From NCBI GenBank assembly GCA_041891055.1, contig CP169074.1:1728001-1792000 (forward strand): a stretch of 64,000 nucleotides of DNA. Direction: 5' to 3'. The notes under the pieces were generated by a model, which made no database searches, was not told the origin of the DNA, and worked only from the letters and a program-made list of their open reading frames with translations. The stretch is from Halorutilales archaeon Cl-col2-1. Its GTDB lineage: Archaea > Halobacteriota > Halobacteria > Halobacteriales > Afararchaeaceae. Position numbers and translations under genes: made by a program. Shown piece after piece: positions 30,527 to 39,801 of the stretch (positions are counted from its first letter, which is position 1; every line of letters begins with the position of its first letter).

Positions 30527-31597
30527 ATGAAGATCGGAAACTTCGAAGCCGAACGCGGCGAGGTCTCTAAGGGCTACATAGACCTCGTTTCGTTCCCGAC
30601 CGGAGGAACTGAGAGAGCCCCCGTGATGGTCGCCAGGGGCGAGGAGGATGGGCCCGTCCTCTGGCTCACAGCGAACGTCCACGGAAATGAGGTCACTGGA
30701 ATACCTCTTATACACAGGATAGTCACAAATGAGATAGCCGAGTCGATACGTGGTGCAGTCGTCGGAGTTGTCTCGCTCAACCCGAGCGGTCTGAGGAGAA
30801 CGAGGAGAGAGTCGGAGTACGACTCACGTGATCCCAACCGTCTCTTCCCTGACTTCAGGTACGACAGAGAGCCGGGATCGACACAGGAGATCATAAACAG
30901 ACGTGTCTTCTCCGAGATAGCCGACTCAGCCGACGCGGTCATAGACCTACACTGTTCGAACGTCGGAAGCGTTCCCTTCACGATACTCCCGCGAGTTATC
31001 GCTGAGGAGTCGGAGATTGAAGAAGCAGAAGAGATCGCTGACGAGATGGAACGGATGGCTGATGCTTTCGGATTTACGCCAATCAACTCTCCCGGGATGG
31101 AGACTGTCTGGGAGGAGTGTCTACACAGGTCGCTTGGGGGATCCGTCGTCAACTCCGCTAAAATACCTTCGATCACAGTCGAACTCGGCTCCGACTACAT
31201 AGTCGAGTCCGAGGTCGTCGACGCCGCTGTCAAGGGCGTCAGAAACGTGATGAGAACCCTCGATATGTTCGTCGACGACGAGGAGAACCAGAGGACTGAG
31301 CCCGTCTCGGGTATACCCCGGTTCAACCCCAACTACGACTTCAGGAGATGCACTGTCGAGTCTCCTGTCTCGGGAATTCTCAGAAAACGCGTCGAGACGG
31401 GAGAGTTCGTCGAGGAGGGCGATCCAATCTGTGAGATAACCGACCCGTTCGGCGAGACCAAACACGTCATAGAGGCGGAGGTCGACGGCTGGGTCACCGC
31501 ATTCCAGCTCGGCTTAGGTGTCGAGGAGGGGTCGAGGATCTGTTACTACGCCGGACGCGCCGACGGCGACACGATAGTCGAGACTTATGAGCCCTGA
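30527..31597 (+). CDS. Succinylglutamate desuccinylase/aspartoacylase family (M14) hydrolase
   Basis: Motifs HGNE, DPNRLFP, DLH and VELG, with a C-terminal barrel-sandwich domain. Confidence 0.85.
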   Translation: MKIGNFEAERGEVSKGYIDLVSFPTGGTERAPVMVARGEEDGPVLWLTANVHGNEVTGIPLIHRIVTNEIAESIRGAVVGVVSLNPSGLRRTRRESEYDSRDPNRLFPDFRYDREPGSTQEIINRRVFSEIADSADAVIDLHCSNVGSVPFTILPRVIAEESEIEEAEEIADEMERMADAFGFTPINSPGMETVWEECLHRSLGGSVVNSAKIPSITVELGSDYIVESEVVDAAVKGVRNVMRTLDMFVDDEENQRTEPVSGIPRFNPNYDFRRCTVESPVSGILRKRVETGEFVEEGDPICEITDPFGETKHVIEAEVDGWVTAFQLGLGVEEGSRICYYAGRADGDTIVETYEP

Positions 31598-31889
31598 TTA
31601 CGAGGCAGACGCCGACAGATTCGTTGACGAGGCGAGTTCGACGTCTTTCGGGGACAAGACACGGAAGGAGACGAAGCTCTGGTTCTTCCGTCTCAAGAAG
31701 TATCTGTCGGAGAGGTACGAGATAGAGGTCGAGAGTCGGAGTGACACAGACTACGTCGTGAGTCTTACAGCCGAGGACAGTGGTACTAAGGCAGAGTACG
31801 TCGTCGACAGGAGAGGCGACGAGGTCGAGGCCAACGCACATCTCGTCGTCGAGGACGAACCCGTTATACATGAGGTCTGGAAGGAGTGA
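31587..31889 (+). CDS. Hypothetical protein
   Basis: Overlaps the upstream stop and has host-like acidic composition. Confidence 0.6.
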   Translation: MSPDYEADADRFVDEASSTSFGDKTRKETKLWFFRLKKYLSERYEIEVESRSDTDYVVSLTAEDSGTKAEYVVDRRGDEVEANAHLVVEDEPVIHEVWKE

Positions 31890-32377
31890 GTCTCTACTAC
31901 TTCGACGGGCGCGAACTCGTCGCCGACGACAGGGAGAGCTACGACGAGGTCAGCCGTGAGATAGCTTCGAGGGTCGTCGAGTCGCGCGATGTCGAAAGCG
32001 CCGATTTCCGGGGTCTGTGTGACGGTCTCAGAGACGAAGACCCCGACCTCTTCGGGAAAGTCGTCGAAGCCGCGGGGATACAAGACACTACGGGATGGTG
32101 TGATGGAGAAGTTGAGACGGCTTTCGACTCGCTCATACGACTTTTCAGCCCGTCTCTGACACGCGTCGTCTTCGAGTCCGAGAACCAGACCGTATTCGGG
32201 CGTTATCCCGACGGACAGGTAATCTTCCGTCTCTCACAGAGAGAGGTGGAGTCGTTGCCCGCCGACGTCGACGTGAATCCGATATCAGAGACACGTGTCT
32301 CGGGAGCTGAGGGCGACGGTATAAACCGGGGTGTCCTCCAGGCTCTTATGGAGGAGACGCCGTACGAACACGACTGA
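31886..32377 (+). CDS. Hypothetical protein
   Basis: GTGA overlap with the previous ORF and host-like composition. Confidence 0.6.
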   Translation: MSLYYFDGRELVADDRESYDEVSREIASRVVESRDVESADFRGLCDGLRDEDPDLFGKVVEAAGIQDTTGWCDGEVETAFDSLIRLFSPSLTRVVFESENQTVFGRYPDGQVIFRLSQREVESLPADVDVNPISETRVSGAEGDGINRGVLQALMEETPYEHD

Positions 32378-32379
32378 GT

Positions 32380-33351
32380 CTAGTCTATCTTCTCGCGTCC
32401 TTCCGATACGAGACGGTCGAGGTACTCGACGAGAGCTGTCTTGGCGTCCTGTGGATGTAGCTCACCTGACTCGAGATCCTCCGCGAGCCGGCTGTACTCG
32501 GTGTATTCGAGGTTGCCGCCGTACTTCTCGGGACGTTCGACTACGACCTCGTCGAACCTCGGGAAGACGTGGTATCTGTAGATCTCGGCGACGGGGTTTC
32601 CTTCGATCTCGGGCGGACAGTAGGCGCTCTGTACCTTCTCCTCGATCTCTTCGCGTGAGTCGTCCATCGCGATCAGATTACCTTTGCTCGAAGACATCTT
32701 CTCGCCTCCGCCTTCGAGACCAGTGAGTATCGGCATATGTACAGCAGTCGGAGAGTCGTAGCCTATACTCGGAAGACCCTCACGCGCGAGCATATGTATC
32801 TTCCTCTGGTCGATGCCTCCGACTGCGAGGTCGACGTCTAAGTGGGCGATGTCGACAGCCTGCATCAGTGGGTAGATCGCCTGGCTGACCTTGGGGTTGT
32901 CTGCGTTCCTCGCGACCTCCGACATGCTTCTCTCCGCCCTGTTGAGCGTGGTGTCTACGGCGAGCGAGTAGACGTCTAAGACGTACTCCCTGTCGAACTG
33001 GAAGTCGCTTCCCATCACGAACTCGGTCTTGTCGGGGTCGAGACCGAATGCGATGAACTGTTCTTTCATCGACTCGGCTATCTCCTCTATCTCATCGAAA
33101 CTACCCTTCTCGTTGAGGTAGGCGTGGACGTCTGCGAGGAGAACCACGACGTCTATACCCGCTTCCTGGAGGTCGATGAGCTTGTTCGCCGTCAGCATAT
33201 GTCCGAGATGGAGCGCGCCGCTCGGCTCATAGCCGACGTAGGCTCTTCTTCCCTCGGTGTCCTCGGCAATCTCACGCGCCTCGTCGTCGGTCACGACCTC
33301 CTCGGTGTTCCGTGTGATGAGGTCGTACGGGTCGGCGTCTGTATTATCCAT
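32380..33351 (-). CDS. tyrS: Tyrosine--tRNA ligase
   Basis: Motifs YVGYEPSGALHLGH, YPLMQAVD, GGIDQRK and KMSSS. Confidence 0.95.
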   Translation of the reverse strand: MDNTDADPYDLITRNTEEVVTDDEAREIAEDTEGRRAYVGYEPSGALHLGHMLTANKLIDLQEAGIDVVVLLADVHAYLNEKGSFDEIEEIAESMKEQFIAFGLDPDKTEFVMGSDFQFDREYVLDVYSLAVDTTLNRAERSMSEVARNADNPKVSQAIYPLMQAVDIAHLDVDLAVGGIDQRKIHMLAREGLPSIGYDSPTAVHMPILTGLEGGGEKMSSSKGNLIAMDDSREEIEEKVQSAYCPPEIEGNPVAEIYRYHVFPRFDEVVVERPEKYGGNLEYTEYSRLAEDLESGELHPQDAKTALVEYLDRLVSEGREKID

Positions 33352-33462
33352 ACTCGAAATCAGTCTCGGGGTTAAAAAACAGTTTCACCTTCCTCGCGCC
33401 ACGCCGCGGTACGGTAATGTAAAGAAACGTTTATCGCTCCACTGGGATTAAGGTACAACTAC

Positions 33463-33756
33463 ATGGCAGACACTGTCACGGTCACGGTCGACGTACGTCT
33501 CTTCGCTGATCTAGCCGAGGTAGTCGGGGAGGACAAGACGGAGCTAAGAGTTGAGTCAGAGTCGTCGAAGGTAACTGTGGGGGAAGCCGTAGACTCACTC
33601 GTGTCTGAGTACCCCGACCTCGAAGACAGGATACTCGACTCCGAAGGTATACGTGGACACATAAATCTCTTAGTCAACGGCGATGACGCCGGAGCACAGA
33701 CGCCCGTCGAAGACGGCGACGAACTCGGGGTCTTTCCTCCCGTGAGCGGCGGCTGA
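33463..33756 (+). CDS. samp1: Ubiquitin-like small archaeal modifier protein (MoaD/SAMP1)
   Basis: Beta-grasp pattern LFADLAE...INLLVNG...FPPVSGG with a C-terminal diglycine. Confidence 0.85.
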   Translation: MADTVTVTVDVRLFADLAEVVGEDKTELRVESESSKVTVGEAVDSLVSEYPDLEDRILDSEGIRGHINLLVNGDDAGAQTPVEDGDELGVFPPVSGG

Positions 33757-33757
33757 G

Positions 33758-34756
33758 TTATACGCCCACAGTCGCGCGGAGGAAGTCACGTGACCCGGGT
33801 CCTAAGCCGACCATCAGAACCGCGACGAGGAGTATGTACGACAGGCGCTTGAACTCCTCGAACGACTTCTCGTCGAAGAGATAGAGGACGACGAGAACTG
33901 CGACAGCCTTTACGAGTATGAATGTGTAGGTCGTACCCGAGGTCTGTATTATAGCCTGTACGACGGGGTGTTTCTGGCTGTATCCGAGGTATTCTATCCC
34001 TATCGTTGTCGCCGATCCGTCGACGAGATGTCCCCAGAGTATGACCGCTCCCATCTTACCCGTACCCTCGTTTATAGACGGAGCGAAGGTCTTGATCCCG
34101 TACCAGACTACCGTCCAGATCGCAGTTGCCATCCCGAAGGTCGCGAACGGAACCCAAGGCACGAGTGTGCCGTTAGAGACGCCGAACCAGACGAGGAACG
34201 AGAGGAGTCCGACGAGCCAGACTACGCCGAGAGCCGCAAGAGGCTTCGTGTAGGAGTCGACATATCCCGATCTTTCGAGACGCAGGGAGACAAAGAGGAA
34301 GAGTACGACGACCGCGAACATCACGAAGTAGATGATCGGAGAGATCACGAAGAAGTTTATGGGCCAGTCTAGTACGCCCGTGTCCTCGACGACACGGAAG
34401 GCTCCTCCGACGAATGCGTACGGGAAGAGAGCGTAGAAGAAGCTGTCGGAGGTCGCTATCTCCCATCTCCTGACGAGACGCACGACACCGAAAGCCGCGA
34501 CACCGAGACTGTAGGCGTATCCTGCCTCGCTCACGAGTGTGTATCCCGGATACGCAGTCACTCCGTTACGTGTTATGCTCGACTGACCTAATGCGTCCGC
34601 CCTCACGGGACCGTAGAAGTACTTCCAGATGAACCTGTCGTAGAACAAGTCGGGAGCGACTACGAGACCCACAGCTAAGATACCCGCGGGGACTGCTACC
34701 GCGAGTGTCCAGAGGCTCGGGACTGAGAGGGAACGTGGTTCGGACTCGGAGGACAT
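33758..34756 (-). CDS. DUF63 family membrane protein
   Basis: Multi-TM with motifs GGAFRVVED, HLVDG, KHP and GLGPGSRD. Confidence 0.8.
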   Translation of the reverse strand: MSSESEPRSLSVPSLWTLAVAVPAGILAVGLVVAPDLFYDRFIWKYFYGPVRADALGQSSITRNGVTAYPGYTLVSEAGYAYSLGVAAFGVVRLVRRWEIATSDSFFYALFPYAFVGGAFRVVEDTGVLDWPINFFVISPIIYFVMFAVVVLFLFVSLRLERSGYVDSYTKPLAALGVVWLVGLLSFLVWFGVSNGTLVPWVPFATFGMATAIWTVVWYGIKTFAPSINEGTGKMGAVILWGHLVDGSATTIGIEYLGYSQKHPVVQAIIQTSGTTYTFILVKAVAVLVVLYLFDEKSFEEFKRLSYILLVAVLMVGLGPGSRDFLRATVGV

Positions 34757-34800
34757 TGTAGTGCTTAGGATACGTGTACCTCTGTTGTATAGTGCTTACG

Positions 34801-36261
34801 TTAGTCATTACACGAGTACTCGCCGAGCTTACGGCGTAGGATCGGCTCGGGCTCGCCGAAGCGCGTCGGCTGTTCGACGTAGTAGACGGTGACATTTCTG
34901 AGCCGGGTCTCGGTCGCGCGCCCGTCCCATCTCTCACAGACGTAGCCGCCGAAGTAGGGACGCAGGTCAGCGTACTCACGCCTCTGGAGGTCGACGAGAT
35001 AGACCATCCATCTGTGGCTCGGATAGGTCGAGTCGACGTCGGGCGGCTTTTCGAAGCTCTCCGAGACGGGGAAGGCGTTAACCGTCTCAGGTTCAAGGGA
35101 CTCCGATCCTGACGCTGATCCTGACACCGAACCACGGACGACGTACCAGCCGTCCGACTCCGGCGGTTTGGCGAACATGTCCCAAGCGCGTTTCTCGGGA
35201 TCGACGGGAGAGTCCTCGGAGACGTCGACGTATCCTAGGGACGCGGCGTTCCAGAATACGAGGAAGCCGATGAGCACAACTACGACTGCCGACGCCGGAC
35301 GCAGCCGTGACTTCACGACGCCGTGTCCCGTCTCCGAGGCGACTGACACGTCAGTACCTATCCTTTCAGAGACGTGGTTCCAGAACGAAGTCGGAACGAA
35401 GGGTATCAGTCCGGCTATCGATATCAGAGGGAAGAGACCGAGATTGAGACTCCCCAACATTCCGAGGTGTGCGAGAACGAAGACTGAGACGAGGAGTCCG
35501 CGTCTGCGCCCTTTGAGTACCAGGAGGAGGGGTGACGAGACGACCAAGCCGAGCCAGAAGTAATCGGTGACTCCAAGGAGACCGATATCGGGATGTTGTG
35601 CGAGTACCTCTCCGACCCCGACTGTGAGACGGTCTATGCTGAAGACGTACCGCCCGGCGTCGCCTCCCATCCATACGTCGTTCCTGAGCTTGAAGACGGC
35701 GTTGACCGAGTAGATTACGACGACCTGTATCAGAACTGCGGCTGTCGCGGGGGTGGCTATACGTGTCGGGACTTCTCTCTCACGCCGCGACGAGTCGACC
35801 GACCATACCCCTCCGAGAGGCAGGAAGAGGCTCCAGATGAGGAGTCTTCTCAGAACCGAGTCGCCGCCGTTGAGTACCACGGGGTTCCTCATCTGTAACG
35901 AGACGAGTAGGACGACTGTGACGAGGGCTGCGAGACGTGTCGCGTGTCCGATAGCTAGAAGGATCGCCGCGACGCCCGCAACGACGAAGAGAGCCGCGAC
36001 GAACCACGTCTCACCCGAGACGGCGTGGAGGGGGAGCTGAGAGAAGACGGGGCTGAAATCCCTGAGAGCCGAACGAGGGAAGACACCCGAGTCGGTGTAA
36101 TGGGCGACGAGATCGCGTGAACGGAGTACGAGGTCGGCTACCACGAGCAGACCCAGGCTGAGACGTAGAGCCGCAAGTGATCTGACATCGACCGAGAGAC
36201 GTCTCTCTACCCCGGATCTGACAGTTTTCCAATCGAAACCGAAGTCGAAATCGACTTTCAT
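34801..36261 (-). CDS. HTTM domain membrane protein
   Basis: Motifs DVRSLAALR, YTDSGVFPR, RNPVVLNGGD and WDMFA. Confidence 0.8.
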   Translation of the reverse strand: MKVDFDFGFDWKTVRSGVERRLSVDVRSLAALRLSLGLLVVADLVLRSRDLVAHYTDSGVFPRSALRDFSPVFSQLPLHAVSGETWFVAALFVVAGVAAILLAIGHATRLAALVTVVLLVSLQMRNPVVLNGGDSVLRRLLIWSLFLPLGGVWSVDSSRREREVPTRIATPATAAVLIQVVVIYSVNAVFKLRNDVWMGGDAGRYVFSIDRLTVGVGEVLAQHPDIGLLGVTDYFWLGLVVSSPLLLVLKGRRRGLLVSVFVLAHLGMLGSLNLGLFPLISIAGLIPFVPTSFWNHVSERIGTDVSVASETGHGVVKSRLRPASAVVVVLIGFLVFWNAASLGYVDVSEDSPVDPEKRAWDMFAKPPESDGWYVVRGSVSGSASGSESLEPETVNAFPVSESFEKPPDVDSTYPSHRWMVYLVDLQRREYADLRPYFGGYVCERWDGRATETRLRNVTVYYVEQPTRFGEPEPILRRKLGEYSCND

Positions 36262-36349
36262 CCGTCTCGGTTCTTATCTCTCAGTTTCGTCACATAAACT
36301 CTGGTGTGAGACACGAGTCTTTTATACGCGCCCGCCGTCTCTCCCGTAG

Positions 36350-37159
36350 ATGCTGACTTCACGAGTGATTCCGTGTCTCGACGTCACAATAGAGGACGGA
36401 GAGCCGAATGTCGTCAAGGGCGAGCAGTTCGAGGAGCTGAGGTACGCGGGCGATCCCGTCGAGTTAGCGAAGAAATACAACCGACAGGGAGCCGACGAGC
36501 TAGTCTTCTTAGACATAACAGCGAGCTCCGAGGGACGTGACACTATGCTCGATGTCGTGAGAAGGACTGCGGACGAGGTCTTCATACCCCTCACGGTCGG
36601 CGGAGGCATCTCGTCGGTCGAGGACATAAAGGAGACACTCAGGGCGGGAGCCGACAAGACGAGCATGAACACGGGCGCGATAAAGAACCCCGACGTCGTC
36701 GACGAGGGTGCCGAGAAGTTCGGGTCACAGTGTATAGTCGTCGCGATAGACGCACGACGCAACACGAGCGACGAGGGTGAGTACTACTTCGAGGTCGACG
36801 GGGACGAGGTCTGGTTCGAAGCAGTAATATACGGCGGAAGTGAGCCCACCGGAATCGACGCCGTCTCTTGGGCACAGGAGGTTGAGGAACGAGGAGCGGG
36901 GGAGATACTCCTCACGAGCATGTACGGCGATGGAACCAAGGACGGCTATGACATACCTCTAACGAGAGCGGTGAGCCAGAACGTTTCTATACCTGTCATA
37001 GCGAGCGGCGGAGCCGGAGAACCCAAACACATGGTCGAGGCGTTTACCGACGGGAGCGCGGACGCCGCCCTCGCCGCCTCTATATTCCATTTCGACGAGT
37101 ACACGGTCGAAGAGGTGAAGGAGTACCTCGACGACTCGGGTATAAACGTCCGTCTGTAA
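36350..37159 (+). CDS. hisF: Imidazole glycerol phosphate synthase cyclase subunit
   Basis: Motifs [18 protein letters not shown] and IASGGAG. Confidence 0.95.
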   Translation: MLTSRVIPCLDVTIEDGEPNVVKGEQFEELRYAGDPVELAKKYNRQGADELVFLDITASSEGRDTMLDVVRRTADEVFIPLTVGGGISSVEDIKETLRAGADKTSMNTGAIKNPDVVDEGAEKFGSQCIVVAIDARRNTSDEGEYYFEVDGDEVWFEAVIYGGSEPTGIDAVSWAQEVEERGAGEILLTSMYGDGTKDGYDIPLTRAVSQNVSIPVIASGGAGEPKHMVEAFTDGSADAALAASIFHFDEYTVEEVKEYLDDSGINVRL

Positions 37160-37185
37160 TCGACAGGAAAGATATGTTCTTATGA

Positions 37186-37326
37186 CTACGCTCCTCTGCT
37201 AGCTTCGGTGTCCATGCCTCTACTCCTCTCACACTCGGGACAGGCGTAGACCTCGTCCTGGTTGTTTCCGAACACCCTGGAGTAGCTATCGCTGACGTAA
37301 GACCCGCATGTCTTGCACTCTGCCAT
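37186..37326 (-). CDS. Small CxxC...CPxC zinc-finger microprotein (46 aa)
   Basis: Below the ORF-track cutoff. Manual translation gives MAECKTCGSYVSDSYSRVFGNNQDEVYACPECERSRGMDTEASRGA. Confidence 0.8.
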   Translation of the reverse strand: MAECKTCGSYVSDSYSRVFGNNQDEVYACPECERSRGMDTEASRGA

Positions 37327-37388
37327 AGAAGATCCTTGTTCGAGATTTATCGCGTCGTTTTAAAAAGACTGTGGTTCTTAGCCACGGA

Positions 37389-37952
37389 TCAGTCTCTCCT
37401 GCGTACCTCATCTATCACGGATCGTATCTCGTCACGGAACTCTTCGAGACTAGACGTGTTCTCGACAGTGACCTCGGCGTTCTCGATAGCCTCGTCCATA
37501 CCGTAGCCTATCTCCCTCTCGTCTCTCTGTCTGAGATCGTCTGCTTCGGTGACGTCGTCCGAACGTCCCCTCTCACGTATACGTCCGAGACGCGTCTCGA
37601 AGGGTGCCTCGATAGCTACGAGGATGAAGTCATCTCCGAACTCGTCACGGAACCTCTCGGCTTCCGCCCATCCTCTCAAGCCGTCGACTAAGACGACTTG
37701 GATGTCACCGTCTTCGAGCTCTGACTCTATGAGGTCGACACATCTCTCGGCGACAGCGTCTTCTCCTTCTTCCTCCCTGAGACTCGTTGCGACCTGACCG
37801 AGACTCTCGTCGGTCTCGTCTGCGTCCCTCTTCTCGGCTTCTCGGCGTATGACATCTCCCATCGTCACGACGGGAATACCCATCTCTTCGGCTACCTCCG
37901 CTGCCTCACTCTTGCCGCTTCCCGGCATACCCACCGTACCTATGACACGCAT
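37389..37952 (-). CDS. UPF0200 family P-loop nucleotide kinase (dephospho-CoA kinase-like)
   Basis: MRVIGTVGMPGSGKS, VDGLR and RGRSDD. Start trimmed to ATG 37952. Confidence 0.8.
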   Translation of the reverse strand: MRVIGTVGMPGSGKSEAAEVAEEMGIPVVTMGDVIRREAEKRDADETDESLGQVATSLREEEGEDAVAERCVDLIESELEDGDIQVVLVDGLRGWAEAERFRDEFGDDFILVAIEAPFETRLGRIRERGRSDDVTEADDLRQRDEREIGYGMDEAIENAEVTVENTSSLEEFRDEIRSVIDEVRRRD

Positions 37953-38195
37953 ACTCGCGTCTATTCGCGCACCCCGTATCTGAGTACCGGTTCGCTCTGG
38001 CACAATCCGAAATCTTTTTACATAAGTGCTACTAAGAATGTAGTAGCACCGGTTGATTACCCCCCTTCCCCCACCATACATCAAACCGGTGTCACCCCTT
38101 ACCCCCCACCCCACCAGTACAGTACTCGTTTTCTATTTCCCCCTTATACGTAGTACAGGAGAATACCTGACTCCTTCAGGGTCAGGATGAATCCG

Positions 38196-38242
38196 TTCTC
38201 GAAGTTACCACTTCGAGGGCTGTTGAGCTTCGCTCAACAACG
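38196..38242. repeat. Double-hairpin element inside the IS left end
   Basis: CTCGAAG-TTACCA-CTTCGAG-GGC-TGTTGAGC-TTC-GCTCAACA, bounded by CG at both sides. Confidence 0.65.
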
Positions 38243-38347
38243 TTAAACTACTCACCAAATCATTCTAATAGACACAAACGGATATTCAACGAAGCTCATA
38301 TTCAAGTAAGATTTAATAATATACATATACAATAACTACGTGTAGTC

Positions 38348-39646
38348 ATGGAGACCAACCTAACGATAACAGCCGAGATACTAAATCACTCTCAAGTAGA
38401 GAGTGATTTAGACAGGCATGGTTGGTCTGCCTCGAAACTATGGAATATTGCCAGATACTACACTAGAGAAGTCTGGGAAAAGACAGGAGAGATCCCTGAG
38501 GAAGATACGTTGAAGACCGAGTTGAAAGAACACGAAAGATACGAGGACTTACACAGTCAGTCCAGTCAGAAAGTTCTAGAAGAGCTTTCTGAGGCGTACC
38601 AGTCTTGGTACGGCTCCGACGACGACAGGGATAATCCTCCTGGCTACCGCAAACGTTGGTACTACGACGGCTCAGGTAATCTAGTCCACGAAGAACATCC
38701 TAGGAGTACGGTCACATGGAAGAATCGTGGCATAAGACACGATTCTGACAATAACAGAGTACGTCTCTCTAAAGGCAAGAATCACAAACAAGTAGAAGAA
38801 CGTAGCGACTTCATCCTCATAGAGTACGACTTACACAGACCATACAACGAGATAGACGGAAGTATACAGCAGGTTCGTGCTGTATACGACGAAAAGGAAG
38901 AAAAGTGGGAGTTACACCTAGTCGTACAGAAAGAGATAGAAGTAGAAGACTCAGGAGAAGAGACTGTAGGGATCGATCTAGGTATCAGTAACTTCGCTGC
39001 GCTCTCGTTCGAGAACGGCGATACCGTTCTTTACCCCGGCAACGAACTCAGCCAGAACAACTACTACTTCGAGAAAGAGAAGGCTAAACTCGATAAGTCG
39101 GACGGTAGAGAACGTACTCGTCTAGATCATCTACAGTCAGAGAGACGTAGACACTTCCTCCATTCGTTGTCTAAGCATATCGTAGAGGAGTGTAAGAAGA
39201 GAGACGTTGGAAAGATCGCCGTAGGCGATCTTGAGGACATTCGTCAGGACGACGATGGAGAAGCCAGAAACTGGAGAGACTCAGGTAATTTAAACCTGCA
39301 CAAGTGGGCGTTCGACCGCTTTACCGGGATGCTAGAGTACAAGGCGAGGCTGAGTGGTATTGAGCTAGAGAGGATAGACGAAGAGAACACGTCGAAGACG
39401 TGTTGTGTCTGTGGTAAGCTCGATGGTGACCAGAGAGTCGAACGTGGTCTGTACGTCTGTGATGACTGTGATACGGTAGCTAACTCAGACGTTAACGGAG
39501 CTGAAAACATAAGACAGAAGTCTGAAGGTAACTCCGAGTCTTCTTGCTTTGATCAAGAAGATAGGAGTATCGGTTGTTTGGCACAACCTGGAGTCTACCT
39601 GTATGATCGGTCTTGCGGATTCGAACCGCAAGAAGCCGTTGGGTAG
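38348..39646 (+). CDS. tnpB: RNA-guided endonuclease TnpB
   Basis: RuvC-I GIDLG, zinc finger TSKTCCVCG...YVCDDC and RuvC-III DVNGAENI. Confidence 0.92.
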   Translation: METNLTITAEILNHSQVESDLDRHGWSASKLWNIARYYTREVWEKTGEIPEEDTLKTELKEHERYEDLHSQSSQKVLEELSEAYQSWYGSDDDRDNPPGYRKRWYYDGSGNLVHEEHPRSTVTWKNRGIRHDSDNNRVRLSKGKNHKQVEERSDFILIEYDLHRPYNEIDGSIQQVRAVYDEKEEKWELHLVVQKEIEVEDSGEETVGIDLGISNFAALSFENGDTVLYPGNELSQNNYYFEKEKAKLDKSDGRERTRLDHLQSERRRHFLHSLSKHIVEECKKRDVGKIAVGDLEDIRQDDDGEARNWRDSGNLNLHKWAFDRFTGMLEYKARLSGIELERIDEENTSKTCCVCGKLDGDQRVERGLYVCDDCDTVANSDVNGAENIRQKSEGNSESSCFDQEDRSIGCLAQPGVYLYDRSCGFEPQEAVG

Positions 39647-39683
39647 GCTTCAAACCTTAATATCCCAACTGGGATTCACCCCG

Positions 39684-39781
39684 TTCGTGAATCTTTGATT
39701 CACGAGCATGCTGAGGGAACCTCAGCATACGTCTCCAGATCTTTGATCTGGATGGCTAACGAATTCGAAGAATTCGTACCG
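39684..39781. repeat. Two tandem double-hairpin elements (48 + 50 bp) in the IS right end / omegaRNA region
   Basis: Four hairpins: CGTGAATC-TTT-GATTCACG, ATGCTGAG-GGAAC-CTCAGCAT, CCAGATC-TTT-GATCTGG and ACGAATTC-GAA-GAATTCGT. They split the terminal stem TCACC...CGCC/GGCGGGTGA. Confidence 0.8.
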
Positions 39782-39801
39782 CCTTCAGGCGGGTGAGGAT
39801 G

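Noticed and set aside
39684-39781. Hairpin series after tnpB as a mini CRISPR array (Cas12f-like)
   Set aside because: There are no identical direct repeats with spacers; each hairpin has a different stem.
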